Source: Squalus acanthias (lineage: Eukaryota). From it: a stretch of DNA of 64,000 nt. The notes below the pieces were generated by a model that saw only the letters and a list, made by a program, of their open reading frames with translations, searched no databases and was not told the DNA's origin. Below are positions 59,903 through 64,000 of the stretch, one piece after another. A program made the translations under genes and the position numbers. The DNA is taken from assembly GCA_030390025.1 (NCBI GenBank), contig CM059432.1, positions 78,432,001 through 78,496,000 on the forward strand, written 5' to 3'. Every line of letters begins with the position of its first letter. Position 1 is the stretch's first letter.

Positions 59903-62187
59903 GATGATAGAATTTCAAATTCAGTTTGAGGGTGAGAAACTTGGGTCTGAAACTAGTATCCTAAACTTAAATAAAGGCAATTACAAAGGTATGAAGACAG
60001 AGTTGGCTAAAGTGGACTGGGAAAATAGATTAAAGGGTAAGATGGTAGATAAGCGGTGGCAGACATTTAAGGAGATATTTCATAACTCTCAGCAAAGATT
60101 TATTCCAGTGAGAAAGAAAGACTCTACGAGAAGGATGAATCATTCGTGGCTAACTAAGGAAGTTAAGGATGGTATCAAATTGAAAGAAAAGGCATACAAT
60201 GTTGCAAAGATTAGTGGTAGGACAGAGGATTGGGAAATTTTTAGAAACCAGCAAAGGATGACTAAAAAAATAATAAAGAGGGAGAAGATAGATTATAAGA
60301 GTAAACTAGCAAAAAATATAAAAACAGACAGTAAGAGCTCCTACAGGTATATAAAAAGGAGGAGAGTAGCTAAAGTAAACGTTGGTCCCTTAGAGGCTGA
60401 GACTAGGGAATTAATAATGGGAAACAGGGAAATGGCAGGAGACTTTGAACAAATATTTTGTGTCGGTCTTCACGGTAGAAGACACTAAAAGCATCCCAAT
60501 AATAATAGATAATCAAGGGGCGATAGGGAGGGAGGAACTTAAAACAATCACTATCACTAGAGAAAAACTACTATGCAAAGTAATGGGACTAAAGGCTGAC
60601 AAGTCCCCTGGACCTGATGGCCTGCATCCTGGGGTCTTAAAAGAAGTGGCTGCAGAGACAGTGGATGCGTTGGTTGTAATCTACCAAACTTCCCTGGACT
60701 CTGGAGAGGTCCCAGTTGATTGGAAAACCGCAAATGTAACTCCCCTATTCAAGAAAGGAGGGAGACAGAAAGCAGGAAACTATAGACCAGTTAGCCTAAC
60801 ATCTGTCATTGGGAAAATGCTGGAATCCATTATTAAGGAAGTAATAGCAGGACATTTAGAAAATCATAATACAATCAAGCAGAGTCAACATGGTTTTATG
60901 AAAGAGAAATCATGTTTAACAAATTTGCTGGAGTTCTTTGAGGATGTAATGAGCAGGGTGGATAAAGGGGAATCAGTAGATGTTGTGTATTTGGATTTCC
61001 AGAAGGCATTCGATAAAGTGCCACATAAAAGGTTACTGCATAAGATAAGAGCTCACAGGGTTGGGGGGTAATATATTAGATTGGATAGAGGATTGGCTAA
61101 CTAACAGAAAACAGAGAGTCGGGATAAATGGGTCATTTTCAGGTTGGCAAACTGTAACTAGTGGGGTGCCACAGGGATCAGTGCTGGGGCCTCAACTATT
61201 TACAATCTATATTAATGACTTGGATGAAGGGACCGAGTGTACTGTGGCCAAATTTGCTGATGATACAAAGATAGGTGGGAAAGCAAGTTGTGAGGAGGAC
61301 ACAAAGAGTCTGCAAAGGGATATAGATAGTTTAAGTGAGTGGGGAAACATTTGGCAGATGGAGTATAATGTGGGAAAATGTGAGGTTATCTACTTTGGTA
61401 GGAAAAATAAAAAAGTAAATTATTATTTAAATGGAGAGAGACTACAAAATGCTGCGGTACATAGGGATCTGGGGGTCCTCGTACATGAAACACAATAAGT
61501 TAGCATGCAGGTACAGCAAGTAATTAGGAAGGCAAATGGAATGTTGGCCCTTATTGCAAGGGGGATGGAGTATAAATGTAGGTAAGTCTTGCTACAACTG
61601 TACAGGGTGCTGGTGAGACCACACCTGGAGTACTGTGTGTAGTTTTGGTCTCCTTATTTAAGGAGGGATATACTTGCATTGGAGGCAGTTCAGAGAAGGT
61701 TCACTAGGTTGATTCCTGAGATGAAGGGGTTGTCTTATGAAGAAAGGTTGAGCAGGTTGGGCCTATACTTATTGGAGTTTAGAAGAATGAGAGGTGATCT
61801 TATTGAAACATATAAGATTCTGCGGGGGCTTGACAGGGTAGATGCAGGGAGGATATTTCCCCTCGTGGGGGAATCTAGAACTAGGGGGCATAGTTTCAGA
61901 ATATGGGGTCGCCCATTTAAAACGGAGATGAGGAGGAATTTCTTCTCTCAGAGGGTCGTGAATCTTTGGAATTCTCTACCCCAGAGAGCTGTGGAGGCGG
62001 AGTCATTGAATATATTCAAGGCTGAGATAGACAGATATTTGAGCTACAGGGGAGTCAAGGGTTATGGGGAGCGGGCGGGAGAGTGGTGTTGAGGCCAAGA
62101 TAAGATCAACCATGATCTTATTGAATGGTGGAGCAGGCTCGAGGGGCCAAATGGCCTACTCCTGCTCCTATTTCTTATGTTCTTATG
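59903..62187 (+). mobile_element. 5'-truncated CR1 LINE (ORF2 RT, frameshifted)
   Basis: ORF fragments 59904-62092 with complete RT motifs; (TATGTTCT)n tail. Confidence 0.95.
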
Positions 62188-63496
62188 CAACAATCAGGAA
62201 AGGTTGAGGAGGCTGAGGCTCTTTTCTCTGGGAAAGAGATGACTGAGGAGATGTGAAAGAGTTCTTTAAATAGTAATAGGGTGGATGTGGAGAAATAGCT
62301 TCCAGTTGTGGAAGAGTTCTGAACAAGGGAGCATGAATATTAGATAGCCACTAAAATAAAGAATTTAGGAGGAATTTCTTTACACAGAGAGTGGTGAGAA
62401 TGTGGAACTTGCTGCCACATGGAGTGGTTGTAGCAAGTAGCAATGATACATTTAAGGAGAAGCTTACTCGTACATGAAGGAGAAGGGAATAGAGAGAAAT
62501 AAGGGTCAGGGTGGGATGAGGAAATTAGAGCGGGAGGAGGCTGGTGTGGACTATAAACACTGGGGCCGAATGGCCTGTTTCTGTGCTGTTATTTCCATGT
62601 AATATGAGAAGCATGTGGAGTGGGGGAGGTAAGTGTTTAAAGTGCTGGGGGAGGGAGGGCAATGCTGAGAAATAGAGATAGGAAGACCTCATGCTCACCC
62701 TTGCTATCTAGTTCAGGCCATTAAAGCGCTTGCAGCACTGAACCCATGTCCAGGGGGTGACATTGCCGCCTCCGTCCAGGCCCATCTGTTTTGGCAGCTG
62801 CCTGCTATCTGAGGGGAACAGGATGTGCCTGTGTGCCTTCACCTGCTCCACAAGTGCCTTAATTGCTGTACCAGAGAAGCGAGATGCTGTTGCCTGATAC
62901 GTATTGCTCCCCAGAAACCTCCCAGCAGCTGCACAGAATTGAATGACATCTTACTTTAAGACATGCATTCACTCTTAAATGGGCAGCAGGTCCGCAAGAA
63001 ATCATGGCCTCCAAGTGGGGCGGCATCCTGTCACCGCTGGAAATGTCTGGGTAGCCCGTCAATGAAATATAAATGGGGCTCAACCATCAGAATGATCCGG
63101 GCCTCAGACTGATGACATCAGGCAGGCAGCCCGATCGCCCTGTTCACTTCATTTCTCTGGTCTTTCTGCCCATCTTCCACCAAAATGACAGCAGACGATT
63201 GGATGAACCCCCATGGAAATTACTGGCAATTGTGTCATAGCTGTGGGTCCTCCCTGCTGCCTTAGTTTCCAAATTTGGTTGTGCTGTTGTGAGGACTACA
63301 GAGCAAGAGACTATGATTTGCAGAGTTTAACGCCATCTCACTGTAAGAGGTGCATTCACTCTTTCAATGATCAAGGAACCCCCAAAGGAATTCTACCCCA
63401 ATAAGTTGCTGTTCTAATTCATTCTGCCACTCCATTTCTTATCTGTGATTTAATTTAAAAAATATATGTAATAGACGTAGAAATATTGGAGATATT

Positions 63497-64000
63497 GGGC
63501 TAGAAATTCGGTGCATTTGTGTCTCTCGTTAGCGACCCCGGGGGGCGCTAATGGGGCGCAAACAACTTTTCGCCCAGGCGCGGCGCCGCTAACAACTCCC
63601 GCTAAGTTCAGCGGGAGTTTAGTGGCGGTGGTAACCGGTAGCGCCCCACGCCGCTGCAGAGGCGATGACGATGTCATCAGCGTGCGCTGCGCCCTGTTTT
63701 CGTCCCGCCTGCAAAATTGGCCCGCGCCCCCGAATCTACGCCAGGCGATGACAGCGACCGATTCAGGGGGCGGGAACGGAGCGGCAGGAGGCTCGCGGGA
63801 CGCTAACTAAAGTGGAGGTGGCAGGCGGGGAAAAACAAATCGTCCAACTTACTTGTCACGGCCCATTGTGTCTTTGAATGCGGGGTCCATGCCGTGATCT
63901 GGCAGCCCGGCACTCCTCTTGAGTGCCAGGCTGCTGGCACAGCACCCCGCTCCCCAGTGGTCCAGGTAGGGCCCCGCAGAGATGTGGGCTTGGGTCCTCC
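63497..64000. mobile_element. Left end of another Harbinger-type element (runs off window)
   Basis: GGGCTAGAAATTCGGT resembles the H1/H3 TIRs; abrupt GC/CpG rise; TTAGCG/CGCTAA subterminal motifs. Confidence 0.7.

Overview
Eukaryotic, repeat-saturated window, most likely from a cartilaginous fish (shark or ray). The inference rests on an HE1/V-type SINE, SacSINE/DeuSINE-like SINEs, CR1 LINEs with 8-nt microsatellite tails and hammerhead-bearing Penelope elements. No intact host gene is evident. Contents: a ~5.3 kb 46-bp satellite, about ten CR1 LINE copies or fragments, a split L2 LINE, a probable ~1.2 kb solo LTR, a complete Gypsy LTR retrotransposon, four two-gene PIF/Harbinger transposons plus MITE-like derivatives, Penelope elements and several SINEs, much of it nested up to five levels deep. 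Most notable: (1) the Gypsy element has no tRNA-type PBS; a perfect 12-nt complement of its own LTR sits there instead, correctly oriented for self-priming; (2) a near-perfect 353-bp-arm Penelope palindrome carries a minimal hammerhead ribozyme on each strand; (3) two candidate in-frame microexons (30 and 21 nt) lie in a TE-poor AT-rich island; (4) the Harbinger families carry family-specific subterminal motifs. All calls are by eye, and boundaries of degenerate repeats are approximate.
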